A stretch of 64,000 nt of DNA from Octopus sinensis (GCF_006345805.1 NC_043013.1:38440001-38504000), one strand, 5' to 3'. Counted from the first letter of the stretch, positions 41,641-55,355 are shown. Notes: a model not told the origin generated them from the letters alone. A program made the numbers and translations.

Positions 41641-41657
41641 TAAATAGGGGTGAATTC

Positions 41658-41689
<32 letters not shown>

Positions 41690-42057
41690 TTATTGAGTTG
41701 TTATATATATATAAGTTATACAGAGGAAATAGATTCCTCTTTAAAGGGATGTTTGTTTCAATTCAATATATATGGGTATAATTAATTGTAGTATATGATA
41801 AGGAAGTAGATAGAACGTTTTAAAAGACAGCTATCAACTTATTAACATTTTGTTAATTTATATATACCGGCAATTGTTTTCCATATGTACTCTCATTCAA
41901 ATTATAAATTTATAAATTAAAATTACATTATGAAAATTACGTGGTAGATATTTCTTCAGGGCGAAAATTGACTTCTTAATTGATTCACTGTTCCTCAAAA
42001 GACTAGCATATGTATGTTAATATGTTTGTTAGCAAAAGAACCGTTATATGTGTGTAT

Positions 42058-42113
42058 ATTTTATTTTATCTAGTTTCAGCTCACGAGCTGTGGCCATGCT
42101 GGGGCACCGCCAT
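42058..42113 (-). mobile_element. Isolated 3' tail of the same CR1-type LINE family
   Basis: ATGGCGGTGCCCCAGCATGGCCACAGCTCGTGAGCTGAAACTAGATAAAATAAAAT matches the LINE tail at 40938-40965 at 26/28 nt in the core and ends in (TAAAA)2. Confidence 0.8.
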
Positions 42114-42124
42114 AAAAAGCTAAA

Positions 42125-42200
42125 CGACGAGATTCGAACTCACGCGGGGAGACCCCAATGGATTAGCAGTCCATCGCCTTAACCACTCGGCCACATCGTC
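42125..42200 (-). tRNA. tRNA-Ser(GCT): tRNA-Ser(GCT), probably non-functional (6-nt deletion across T-stem and acceptor 3' strand)
   Basis: Minus strand reads GACGATG TG GCCGAGTGGTTAAGGC G ATGGA CT-GCT-AA TCCAT T GGGG-TCT-CCCC GC GTGAG TTCGAAT CTC GTCG. D arm, anticodon arm, long variable arm, A box and B box are intact. Length is 76 nt versus the 82 nt typical of eukaryotic Ser-GCT, and the acceptor stem cannot fully pair. A T5 tract follows at 42114-42118. Confidence 0.88.
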
Positions 42201-42773
42201 TACGACTTAGATAATTTCTCTTATTATGGTTGAGTGTAAGTAAATCTATTTACTTCTCATAATTTATATTATTAATTGTGAGAACGTGAATATGTAGTAT
42301 AAGTTTTATAAATTAATTAGATTATTTTCTAACTTTATTAGTCATAATTATTGGTGTCAAGCGTTAATTTTTATTTTATTTCATTTAGATATACATATAT
42401 ACATACATATACATATATAAACTAATACATCTATTTGTTGTCCATACCACCTCTCTTCATCTTTCGATTTTTGTGACTTGTCCCTATATATATATATATA
42501 TAATATATATATATATACACGCACACACACACGCTTATATATGTATGTATGTATGTATGTATACATATAGAACGGGGCGTCACGAAAGGCCTGGTTGGAT
42601 TCTCTATCCTCCGAATTCTTCTCCGGGGAGTAGAAAAAACGGAAGGGCTGTTGCAATAAGTGTGCGAATCCGAGAGTGGAATATATTGAATAATATCATA
42701 AATAACTGATCCTCCTGTATGTTCTTTTATTTAAGGAAAACAGGAACTTGTCAACACTCCCTCGTGTGTGTGT

Positions 42774-42824
<51 letters not shown>

Positions 42825-43768
42825 AGTTATCAACTTTCAATCACACCTTAGTCGTTTGTGTCTGTTTCGCTCTCTATGCCTGTCTGTCTCTGACTCTGTT
42901 TGTCTCTCTCTGTCTGTCTGTTTCTCTGTGTCTCTTTGTCTCTATCTCTCTCTCTCTCTGTCTCTCTGTATCTCCTTCTCACTCTATATTTCTCCATCTA
43001 ACGATCAAAATCACCAGTAGATGAGACTTCATGAAACACCCTCTACAGGCGATCTTATTTTTTTATGCCGCTATTCTAAGCTGCAGGACATTGCTCTCGA
43101 GAATTTAGTAAATACCTTGATCAGTGCAGATATATTTTAATGGGTAAATAAATAGACTATTCCAAACTTTTGACTTCAATGGCAGAGTGATATCATCACT
43201 ACACGTATCAATGACGCAATGTTTCATAAATATGTAAACAGCACACAACTAGACCTATATCATTTCACAAAATTGTTAATCCTCACCATCACTGAGTATC
43301 TTTTTTGATGAACATACAACTTCATTATATCCAAAACTTCTTTTAAAAACATGCCTTTCTGATTCAGAGACAGAAAATACTAATAACGGAATCTTCAGCA
43401 ACTACTTCCTATTTACAAAGCCTAGCGGACGCACAGAATGGAACACTTCTATCACAACTACGACTCTGCATTTGCTATGAAATTAGATGTCCTAAATCAT
43501 ATCCCATAAATAAATATTCCATTGATTGACATAAAGACTTTTACAGAAAATAAACTGTGTCCCTCAGTCAAAGAGTTGTATCACCTCACTTCTATCTCAG
43601 TATCTCTCTCTCTCTCTCTCCCTCTCTTTCTCCTTCTCTCTCTCTTTTTGTCTTTTTGTCTCATTTGTACTTGAAGAGCCTGTGTGGTTCTTATGCTATT
43701 GCTAATACAATTAAAGCTCTTCAGATTTTCTCTCATATTGTGTCTCAACCACGTTCAGGATTTGAATA

Positions 43769-45054
43769 TTGGGTTGGCAACCAAGTTCCTGCCGTTTTTT
43801 AAATGTTGGAATTCAATGCGTTTTTAAATTTTAGAGTCTATTTCTTTCGAGAATTCTATTTTTGAATGATTTTGGAGTCTCTTTCTTTTTCTAGTTAATT
43901 TTAGTTAATTTTTATTTATTTTCAGATCATGAAAATGGAATGTCAACTTAAGAAAAACAAGCATTTTCGACACCTTCTTTTTGGGTTTAATCAATGTACT
44001 AAGGCCGCAAAAACTGCTCGCAAAATTTGTGCCGTGCATGGAGAGGGTGCCATAGCTGAAAGAACTGGTCGCAATTGGTATGCCAAGTTCAATAATAAAA
44101 ATTTTGACCTCAAAGACGCAGCTCGTTCTGGCCGTCCAGTTGATTTCGCTGAAAAGCAATTAAACCAACATTTGCACGAAAATTCTCGTCACACGACAAG
44201 GAAACTGGCAGAGAAAATGGAATGCTCCCACACTGCTATAGAGAAGCATCTTCACTCGATGTGATAGGTTTAGAAGTATGGGGCATGGGTTCCGCATGCT
44301 TTAAGTGACAGCAACAAAAATTAACGAGCAACAATATCCATTGGTTTGCTTGTTTGTCACCGCTCAACTCATGGACACAAACAACGATTTATTTACCGAA
44401 TCGTTACTGGCGACGGAAAATGGTGCCTGTACATCAATATGAAGCAGTGTAAAGAATGGCTTAGCACCGGTAAACAAGCGACAACGCGCATGAAACAACA
44501 TCTTCACTCGCGTAAAACGATGTTGTGTGTATGGTGAGAGAGGGAAGGGTTTATCCATTACGAATTGCTTGAACGGAACCAAACGTTCAACGCGGAACTC
44601 TATGTACAACACATGGAACGACTCATCACGGCTATTTAAGAGAAAAGACCTAATCGTCAGCATGGAGTTCTTCTGCTGCACGACAACGCCCGCCCTCATA
44701 TCGCCAATATGACCAAGGAAGCCATTCAAACGTATGGCTGGGAAGTGCTGCCACACCTGCTGTACTCTCCTGATTTGGCACCAACGGATTTCCACCTCTT
44801 TCGAACTCTTTCAAATGCTAAGATCGGAGTTTCGTTCAATACTGTTGCAGAATTGAGAGCTTGGTTGGATCAATTTTTCGAGTCGAAATAGGGTGATTTC
44901 TGACAACGAGATATTGAAAATCTTGTTGAACGTTGGGAAGAGGTTTTAAACATCAAGGGTGAATACGTTATTGATTAATTAGTTGTTATATTTTTATCAA
45001 ACCTTTTTTAAAATTTCAATTTAAAAAATGGCAGAAACTTGGTTGCTAACCCAA
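43769..45054 (+). mobile_element. Full-length mariner DNA transposon (DD34D, mellifera-like), inactive
   Basis: TIRs TTGGGTTGGCAACCAAGTTCCTGCCGTTTTT (from 43769) and AAAAATGGCAGAAACTTGGTTGCTAACCCAA (ending 45054). TA on both flanks. Length 1286 bp. Confidence 0.95.
43929..44978 (+). pseudogene. Mariner transposase pseudogene
   Basis: Motifs RSGRP, WVPHAL, IVTGDGKW, HDNARPH and YSPDLAPTD, with 34 residues between the second and third D. Several in-frame stops (e.g. 44262-44264). Confidence 0.93.
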
Positions 45055-45615
45055 TACTATCACATGTCATTTCTCCTGCAACATCGGCCCTCTCGAATTG
45101 AAGCCGCACACAGCTGGTTTCTAGTGGCCAGCCTAATATGTCTTTAAGTGCAATTCTAAACACGTTCATGATATCTGAGACGCAGAGAGCGAGAATTTCC
45201 AGAATTCCCAAAGTTAAATCATTTCTGTTGGTAAAATCATTCAACACTGGAGTTGTATGTGTGTGTGTGTGTGCGCGCGCGTGGTGTGTAGATAGGTAAA
45301 TAAATAGATGGGGTGCAAGATACAGAGAAAAAGGCATTAATACACAGATATACATAAAACATACATACACACACATATATATATGCATGCATCTATCTAT
45401 CTGTCTGCCAGTCTTTATCTCTCTCTCTCTCTATATATTATATATATATATATATATATAATATATATACACACATACATATATGCGTGTATATATATAT
45501 ATGTATGTGTATATAGACACACAACCATACACATGTATTTACATATAGATGCGTTGACGTACAAATACAAACACCACACCACACATATATATATATATAT
45601 CTATATATATATATA

Positions 45616-45666
<51 letters not shown>

Positions 45667-45693
45667 TATATATATATATGTATATATACATAA

Positions 45694-45755
<62 letters not shown>

Positions 45756-45941
45756 TATATATATATAATATATACATATGTATATATGTGAGTGTGTATG
45801 GATACCGATAAAAGGAAAGAGACATACAGATAAATGGATAGATAATTAGATAGATAGATGGATAGATATATAAATAGATAGATAGTCACATAGATATAAA
45901 TGCATATAGGTATGTAGGTGAACACACACACAGGTAGGTTA

Positions 45942-45979
<38 letters not shown>

Positions 45980-46349
45980 GTAGGTATATACATTGGCTAA
46001 CATTGGGATGGTGATTAAATTCTAGGAACTGTACCACATTATAATTTTTATAAAACTAAATAAAATACATTATATATAAATCAAACAAACGTAAAATGAC
46101 ACTAAATAATCCCTTAAATTTGTGTAGTGAACTATGCTAATATAACCCGTTAGAAATCTGCACAAATTATACAGCAGCATACATTAAGTATAAATGTCTT
46201 TGGATATCCTTGTAAACCTACACTGCATTTCTGCATCATCAGCCACAGTCTTCACTATTGATGCATATTATTAATATACAACTCCATAATTATATCCTAC
46301 CAAAGATTCCATTAGATTTTTCTGTTTTATCTTGTGTATATTTAATTTT

Positions 46350-46680
<331 letters not shown>

Positions 46681-47524
46681 GATAATAAACACACACTCAC
46701 ACGCACATACACAACCCCACCTCCCAAATACTATTAGTATTATTAATAAAAATATCGATATTTTGTTGTTTCATTATTTTCATTTGATATCTGGTATTTG
46801 TTAAAGAAAATTGTATAATTGCTGTACAAATATGCCAGTGATTAATAATATGCCGTCTTCTAAAACTCGAACATAAATATCTATAAGTGGGAAATAAAAT
46901 AAAATTAATAAATATCATGTAAAACATGGAAAATAAATTAAGGTGTATTAAAATAAATAAAAGCACTTTTTCTCTCATTTTTACAATTTCCTTCTATATT
47001 GTTTTATCAAAAATTTTGATGTTTTAATATTTTCAACTCTTTCCCCACCACCCGTTTTTTAACGGATTGGTTTATGAGTGTGCTGGAGGTAACGGTGTAC
47101 GTGATGGTGATAATGTCGATAACGCGGGTGGAGTGATGGTGGTGCTAATGGTGATTGAGTTGATTGCGATGCTGATGATGGAAAATAGTGTGAGTGATGG
47201 AGGGGAAGGTAGTTAGGAAGTGGAGCGTTTGGAGAATCTCGATCATGTTTCATTAAAATTACAAGTCATAATTTAATATTGTAACTTACAAGGAAATAAA
47301 AACTTTAATTTATAATTATTGGCAAGGAGTTTCAGAGAAAGCGAAGGAGAGAGAGAGAGAAAGAAAGAGAGGGTGGGACATATATACGGAGAGAGAGAGA
47401 GAGAGAGAATGAGAAAATGTAGTTAGAGAGAAAGAGAGTGGGGTAGAATGTAAGTGAAGCGTGCATGCATGTACGTATATTCCAGCAAATATATAGCAAC
47501 TATATAAATATATACGCTCAGACA

Positions 47525-47599
<75 letters not shown>

Positions 47600-48401
47600 A
47601 TATATATATTTATTTATCTATCTATCTAACTCTCTATCAATCAATCTATCTATCTATTATTTCTTTCTCTCTCTCTCTCTCTCTCTCTCTGTATATATGA
47701 TTCTATATGCATGCGTATAAATATATGTACACATTTTTATGCGCATATCTACACACATACCCCACAAGCACACGCACACAAAGAAATTTATATATGTTAC
47801 TATATATATATATATATACAATGTTACTATATGTGTTACTGTATAGTAACATACTGCATGTTACTATGTATATGTTAATATATATCATATACGAATATAC
47901 AGACACGCGTGTACATATATTATTTAACTACGGTAGTACTTGAACAATATTATTAAGGCCGCAATTTACTCGCAGTATCTTTCAGAGATTGTTGCTAATT
48001 CCCTTCTGAACCAAATGGAAAACTGTTAACATTTTTGAAGAGGACGCGTCCCTAGCTACATTTTGGAATAAACAAAGTGGGATTTGATTCTGTAAAAATA
48101 AGTTTATATCTAAATTTGTAGTAACGTTGTAGGAGTTAGTAACGCCACCAATGAAGATTAGATCAAAATTTCTTTTTTATTTTAAAAGCAAAATACATTT
48201 ATCTTAGCTTTAATGATAGAAGAAAGCATGAAAAATTTCAGTGTAATTAATTTTTTTATTTAAAAAATTATTTTAATTATGCTTAAATGATAGATCTCAA
48301 TTCGAGGAATTCCATGGTGTTAATCCCATGCAATGAAGTTTCAAAAGAAAAATTATGAGTGTTTTTTCTCAAATCTGTGTGTGATATTATAGTTCTATTC
48401 T

Positions 48402-48765
48402 GGAGGCGCAATGGCCCACTTGCTAGGGCAGCGGACTCGCGGTCGTGGGATCGCGGTTTCGATACCGAGACCGGATGTTGTGAATGTTTATTGAGCGACA
48501 ACACCTAAAGCTTCCGGAGTCTCAGGAAGGGGGTGGTGGCGAACCCTGCTGTACTCTTTCATCACAACTTTCTCTCACTATTTCTTCCTTTTCCTGTTGT
48601 ACCTGTATTTCAAAAAGCCAGCCTTGTCACACTCTGTATCACACTGAATCTCTCAGAGAACTATGTTAAGGGTACACGTGTCTGTGGAGTGCTCAACCAC
48701 TTGCGAGTTAATTTCATGGGAAAGCTGTTCCCTTGATTGGGTCGTCATAACCGACGAAGTGCCTC
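48402..48765 (+). mobile_element. tRNA-derived SINE, family A, second copy
   Basis: Collinear with 9098-9482 (ORF-track peptides 9183..9368 and 48484..48669 are homologous). Possible TSD TATAGTTCTAT at 48388-48398 and 48784-48794. Confidence 0.9.
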
Positions 48766-49520
48766 GATGATACATTTTCTTAATATAGTTCTATACGGAA
48801 CTTTTAATATATGTCACCAGCGTCATTGAGGTAAAGAAAGAATTATCAACGACACAGTTAGTTGACACATTTGACACATTATTAATTAGCATAATAGCAT
48901 AGCCTGAAAAAATATAGATTACATGGAAAAATGCGAGCTATAGAAATAATATTCTCAAGATTATAAACCTAGAAAATTACAGAACAAGTTATTACACTTG
49001 GAAAAGTTCAGGACACCTTTTTTACATCTGGTAAAGTACAGAACAAGAAAATGTTTACTTAAAATATTGCTGCTGAGGATAAAATTTGGATATTAAAAAT
49101 TATTTGATTTTAATTTACAAGGTAACATTATAATTAAAAATGGTACCATCATTTTGTTAAAATATTGACAAACTAGAATACTTTAAAAATGATAACCACA
49201 AGTACCAATATAGCTAAAATTTTATGCCAAGTAGAATAGTATTTTATGGCAGGCAAATTCGTTATGTAAAAATATAGGCATTGGGTCAAGACTAAAAATG
49301 TGAAGACTTATATATATGCACAATTTACGCCAGAGAAATAGGGTATTCCAAGGATGTAGTACAAAAGACTTTCTCACCTGCTCACAGCGGCGTACGTGGG
49401 ACGGAAGCCGTTAACATGTGGATGAAATGTGAGCTTCGTAAGCACACAGGCATACTTATCTCTTCCCCTTCTCTCTCTCCCCTGTACATATATATATATA
49501 TATATATATATGTATAGAGG

Positions 49521-49566
<46 letters not shown>

Positions 49567-49698
49567 GAAAGAAATGGATAGTTAGATTAGATAGATAGAT
49601 ACAAATATAGGGAGAAGGGCAGAGAGACTAAGAGCGAGAGATGATTGTGCCTATAGATTGAATTCTGAAATTATCATTACACACACACACACACACAC

Positions 49699-49734
<36 letters not shown>

Positions 49735-50333
49735 TGCACACACAGGTATACTTATATACAATCCCTTTGTAGATTTCAACAATTTCCAACACAATAAGCT
49801 TCTTCAACATACTTCAGAGATATTTCATAAACATTTATATTAATAACGGAATTGAATCAACAAAACTCTGAATCAATATCTTGACGGAAAACCTAATAAA
49901 ATTTCGTCAACTTATACACGAACTATCCAATATGACGAACTTCATGTAATGTCCAATGACAATCGGTCTTGTTTAAGTGTTGCGGCTCCCTCGTAGCTTA
50001 GCGAATATTTTGAATAAATATATATCCTTGTTTTTTTTTAAATAGTGTAATCGCAATTTATAAATACAAACGCTCACTCTTGTACTGCTATATACATACG
50101 TATGCTCATATGAACATGCACATACACATATTTATACATAGTCTTATAGTATATGAGAAGTTGCGTTAAGCAGTTCCTCTCAATGACAGAGGCCAAAATG
50201 CCTAATCAGGCATTTCGCAGAATTTCTAGTAAAATGCAGGAAAACCTATTACAAAATTTCCAGTAATCTTAATATAGAATTTCTAATGAAAGCTGTCTTG
50301 GAACCTCCAATTTTAAGAAACTTAACAGGCTTA

Positions 50334-51595
50334 TCAGGCTGAGTAAAAAGCAAGCAACATTTTGAAACCTGTATATTTCAACAATGCAGAAATTTTATCC
50401 ACCAAAGTAAGTACCATTACAGTCAACACATTGTTGACAATGAGTTACAAATTTGTTTATTCCGGTTCCATAAAAATCGAGTGTTCTGGAGCTGATGAAC
50501 TCTTTGAAAGCACTCTCAGCATTGGTTTGAATTTTGAAATTCTCTCATAGAAAACCATCAAGGTGCTTGAAAAACTGGTAGTCTGTAGGAGAAAGGCCTG
50601 GAGAATAAGCTGGGTGGTGAAGAACTTCGTAGCTAGGTTCCCTCAACTTCTGGAGCGTCATAAGTGAAACGTGTGGTCGAGCATTGCCATGAAGTATGAT
50701 TGGCCCCCTTCTGTTGTTCAGTCTGAGATTGAGCATTAGTAGTTTTTAATTTATTTTGGCAATTTCACGGCAGTATGTTTCTGCAGTTATAGGTTTCCGG
50801 GTTTTAAGAAGTTATAGCCCAGCAGTACACCACCAAATAGTCACCATAATCTTCTTTTTGAAGAGCTCGCGTTAAGGGAAGGTTTTCTGTGCTCCATTTT
50901 AGTAGAACCACTACGAAAAACATTTTTTATTATTGCACAGAATCCACTTTTCATCGCAATTTACAATATGGTCGAGGAATAGATCGATCAGGCTATGGAA
51001 AAGAAGTGACAAGCAAATTTCATATCTGCACATTTTATGATTTTTATTCAAATCATGTGGTACCCATTTGTCGAGTTGGTTTGATTTTCCGATCGCATGC
51101 AAATAGTTGCAGGCAGTTTTCTGGCTAACTTGACGTTTTTCCCCCCAGTTCTCGAGTAGTTTTACGCGGGTCTTTTTTCAATGACGGACTTTAATTGATT
51201 ATCGTCGATGACAGATGGGCGTCCATTACGCTCACGAACTTCAAAGCTCGGGTCTCCAATGTGAAATTGTTTAAACTATTTTCGAGCTGACCACTCACTG
51301 GTCATTTCTTTACTAAACGTTTCATTGATATCGCGAGCAGTTGCAACTGCTTTACCTCCTTTTGTTGAAATTAAATAGCAAAATTGCTCGAATATCGCGT
51401 TTTAACAGTTCCAATTCAGATGATAGTAATAACGGTGAAAAGCATATCAATGGTAATTTATTGATGTATTTGGACAAGTCCTTGTCTGCATTATCAGACA
51501 ATTTCAATAAAATGCTTTTAAAAAATCAAAACTCTGCAGAAATCCGGTACAAATTCTTCATGGTTCAAAACGATGCATACTTTTACTCAACCTGA
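50334..51595 (-). mobile_element. Full-length mariner (Hsmar1/cecropia-like), inactive
   Basis: Imperfect TIRs TCAGGCTGAGTAAAAAGCAAGCAACATTTTGAA (left) and, as reverse complement, TCAGGTTGAGTAAAAGTATGCATCGTTTTGAA (right), both TA-flanked. Minus-strand peptides WVPHDL, IVNCDEKWIL, LHGNARPH, AYSPGLSPTDYQFFKHLD and CVDCNGTYF, with frameshifts and stops. Confidence 0.92.
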
Positions 51596-52154
51596 TATTT
51601 TTTACTCCTCTTGTCCTCTATTTATGTGCAAGCTCGTGTTCCTCCTACATAGATACTTCTATTCTCTTATCATTGCAAACATTTCTTCCATATATGTCTT
51701 AATATTTAAAGATTCAAGGCTTTCTATTGTGCTTGCATGTTTTCCTTTTATATATTTCATCGTGTAAACGCTCGAGACATTTACCGAGAACTGATTGTGA
51801 CGGGAGTGCGAACTCATTAAGACGGATCCCAAGACCATCCAATGCTTATGATACTTAACAGGGCTGACATCCATACTATAAGAGCCAAACATTTACAACA
51901 CGTTAGTGTCAGATGTAAATGATTTTAAACTAATCTTTTGTATATATCTTAAGCGCTTCTGGTGGAAAATTTTAAGTGTATTCATGTATTGTTGACATAG
52001 AGCCCATCTGTGAGTATAGCATGGATGGAAAATTGCTACCATAATAAATGCAGTGCTTAGTGTAATGCTCCACTTCCGTTTATGACTGAACACGTTTCTC
52101 ATGTATTTCAAACACAAGTGAAACCTTCTGAAACTTCAAGTTTATCTAAGAGTG

Positions 52155-52205
<51 letters not shown>

Positions 52206-53369
52206 AGATAAATGTCTAAAAAAAGGTGAGTAGCCATGACATTGAATATGGACCTATTTCAATACGTATACTACTTAATTGGATAAGGTGTAAATAACTT
52301 AGTTTTCTTGAAACTTGTGCCCAAGAGAAGAACAAAGGTTTGAGAAAACGTCGATTATATATTTAACAAGTTGTAGTGTAGTGAGCCTTAAGAAACTGCC
52401 ATTTTTGAACGTCTTTGATTCATCTTGAAAGCTACCTAGTTTTAATGGTCGCGTGTTGTTCAATAACTGATAACGATACTTCATCAATGGTGAAATTCAT
52501 GGATAATTACAACGAAAGGTTTTATAAAGAAATATGGTACATATCCTTTTAGAAACCATAAGCCCGAGGAATCGGTACGTATAAAACAACACTGGTACAG
52601 AAGTGTGTGTATGTGTGTGTACGAATACTGTATGTCGGAACCATGGAGACAATTCTTCTGCTGTATAAAATATCGAAGCATGAACGGGGATGAATATCCC
52701 ATGATGTCTGAAAGAGAGTAGCAGACGATGTTTAATAATTGTATCTCCTATACTGAACGACGACCCTTCTACGTTTTATTAATTCAGTTCTTCCCGATCG
52801 CAACGCCCTCGCCGTTTCATTTCATTTACTGGTGTGGCAATGCACAATTATATCTACAATCTCATTTAGCTGACATTACTCTGATCGTATATCCCTGAAA
52901 GTTCAGCATTGTCACCATCGTGCTTATTAAGCTCTGTTGTACCGAGTACTGTTTGGTGCTCAGGCCTAGTGGAATTGATATTATTCAATAAGTTTCTAAA
53001 ATTCCAAAAGCACATTGTCAACAATACAATCTATAAATATAAAGCTGAAGTTTTCTGTGTGTGGCAGGTTTGGGAGCCTTCAACTAACACTATCTCCTCC
53101 GAGACCCTCCGAGACCAAAATTGAGAGTATGAGAGAAGAAGGCTTGCTCTTCATTCCGTAGAAGATATAAATCAAATCGGACCATGTTAAGAACAAAAAT
53201 TATTTACATCAAAAAGGTGCTTTTTTCTATGAAAATCCCTATTTTTTACGACCTTTGACTGCTGTGTCGCCATTTTTCGGTGTATTTCAACCAAAAAATT
53301 GTTCACTTAAAGAAAATAACAAGCTACATAACGCAAAATTTTTAGTTTTCAAAAATTCCAATTCTAAAG

Positions 53370-53410
53370 GGTCGAAACAAACCCGACCAACTCCGGGCGA
53401 TACTGCTAGT
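53370..53410 (+). mobile_element. Possible Helitron 3' terminus
   Basis: GC-rich imperfect hairpin CCCGACCAACTCCGGG, then GATACTG-CTAG|T (CTAG at 53406-53409). The 5' end was not identified. Confidence 0.35.
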
Positions 53411-53705
53411 TTGTTTATAAATTTTATCGTGCTCCAACAGTCGGAATTAACAGTCTCCAACCACAGTAAACTGTGCAGCTTATGGGGATTCCAATATTTG
53501 GTGTACCTCAGGAAAAATGCAACATACGAAGCAAACCTACAAGATCGATGAATCCCGATTTACACGCATAAATAATAGGGTGTAATGGAAAAAGAAATAC
53601 TGTTGCTTGTTTAGGAATAACAATGGCATAATGAATACTGGCATTCACACAGCGTCGAAAATATAACGAATAACAAAAAGAAAAGAAAAACACTGACATA
53701 AATTT

Positions 53706-53900
53706 GGCGAGCTGGCAGAATCTTTAAGATGGTGGGCAAAATGCTTAGCGGCATTCCGTTCGTCCTAACGTTCTTGGGTCGACTTTGCCTTTCATCGTTT
53801 GAGAGTCGATGAAATAAGTAGTAGTTGAGCATTGGGAACGATTTAATCGATTTAACCTCTCTCCCGAAATTTCTGGTCTTGTGACAAAATTTGAAACCAA
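53706..53900 (+). mobile_element. SINE family B, monomeric
   Basis: GGCGAGCTGGCAGAATC head, GGTCGACTTTGCCTTTCATC core and tail GGTCTTGTGACAAAATTTGAAACC. Confidence 0.8.
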
Positions 53901-54558
53901 TAATGATGCGTGAGTCTGTCTGTGTGTCTGTATGTGTCTGCGTGCAATTCGTTATGGAAGCACTAAAATTTATGCTCAGATTTTACAGTGAATACCGTTT
54001 ATACAATTATTGCAATACATTATCTACTTTTGTGTAAATGTGTGTGTGTGGTGTACGTATGCATATATGGGTCTGTTAGATATTGGTTTATTTTCTTACT
54101 GATTCATGACCGTTTTTGTTTGTCTCGAATTATGCTTTTCTGTATTCATTTTCTTCTTAAATAATGTACCCCTGCATAATGACATTAAAATACTTTGAAA
54201 GACTTTCTGTTTACTGTAATTGGTATCTTAGGTCTTCGTGTCAATACAATGAAGTGAAAATAAGGGAAACAAATGTCAATAAAAACAAAAAGAAACCAAC
54301 AGTACCAACACATCAATGATAAAACAAAGAACGGTAAATTCGGCAGACACTACAGACAAAGAAATTGTGACAGAAAAGTAAAAATATAAACAAAATGGTT
54401 ACCACAACAGCATGCGTAAATACCACAACAATGCTGGTCAAATTTACAATTAGTTTAAAGAGAAAAACGAAGGAGGCTATGCGTATATAAAAATGTATGT
54501 ATTTATATGTATGTAGCTACGCATGCACGTATGTATGTATACACACACACATAAAGAA

Positions 54559-54593
<35 letters not shown>

Positions 54594-54692
54594 TATGCAT
54601 ATATATATTTGTATATATATAACTATGGGTACATGTATATATATATATATATATACATATGTGTGTGTGCGTGTGTTTATATATATATATAT

Positions 54693-54728
<36 letters not shown>

Positions 54729-55121
54729 TATAATATATATATATATACATATATATATTTAAATGTATATTTATATTGGAATGTATGTATGTGTATGTAT
54801 ACAGAGAGATAGAGAGAGACAGACAAGGCGAGTGTATGTGAGGATACGATGTGAGGGCGAAATGGAAAAAGCATGGAAGTGTCGCGGACATTTCCTTCTC
54901 AGGAATGTTTGCTGATTGACAGGAGGCTTGTGCGTACATAGCGATATTATCAATGAAATTAGTAAGGAAAGTCGCACACGAATTCATAACAACGAAATCT
55001 GCAGAAATATAGTTTAACGAGATTTTTTTTTTAATGGATAAAAAGGAAGAAATAGCGTTTCTCGATTAGGTGGTCACGGTGGCTATCTCGTTATGTTTGT
55101 GTGTACATCTCACGTTTAATT

Positions 55122-55324
55122 TTCTCGTTATTCTTTACTCTTTACTCTTTTACTTGTTTCAGTCATTCGAGCAAATCGACCTCAGGACTTTTTCTTTGTA
55201 AGCCTAGTACATATTCAATCGGTCCCTTTTGCCGAACCGCTAAGTTACGGGGACGTAAACACACCAGCATCGGTTGTCAAGCGATGTTTGGGGGACAAAC
55301 ACAGACACACAAACATATACACAC

Positions 55325-55355
<31 letters not shown>

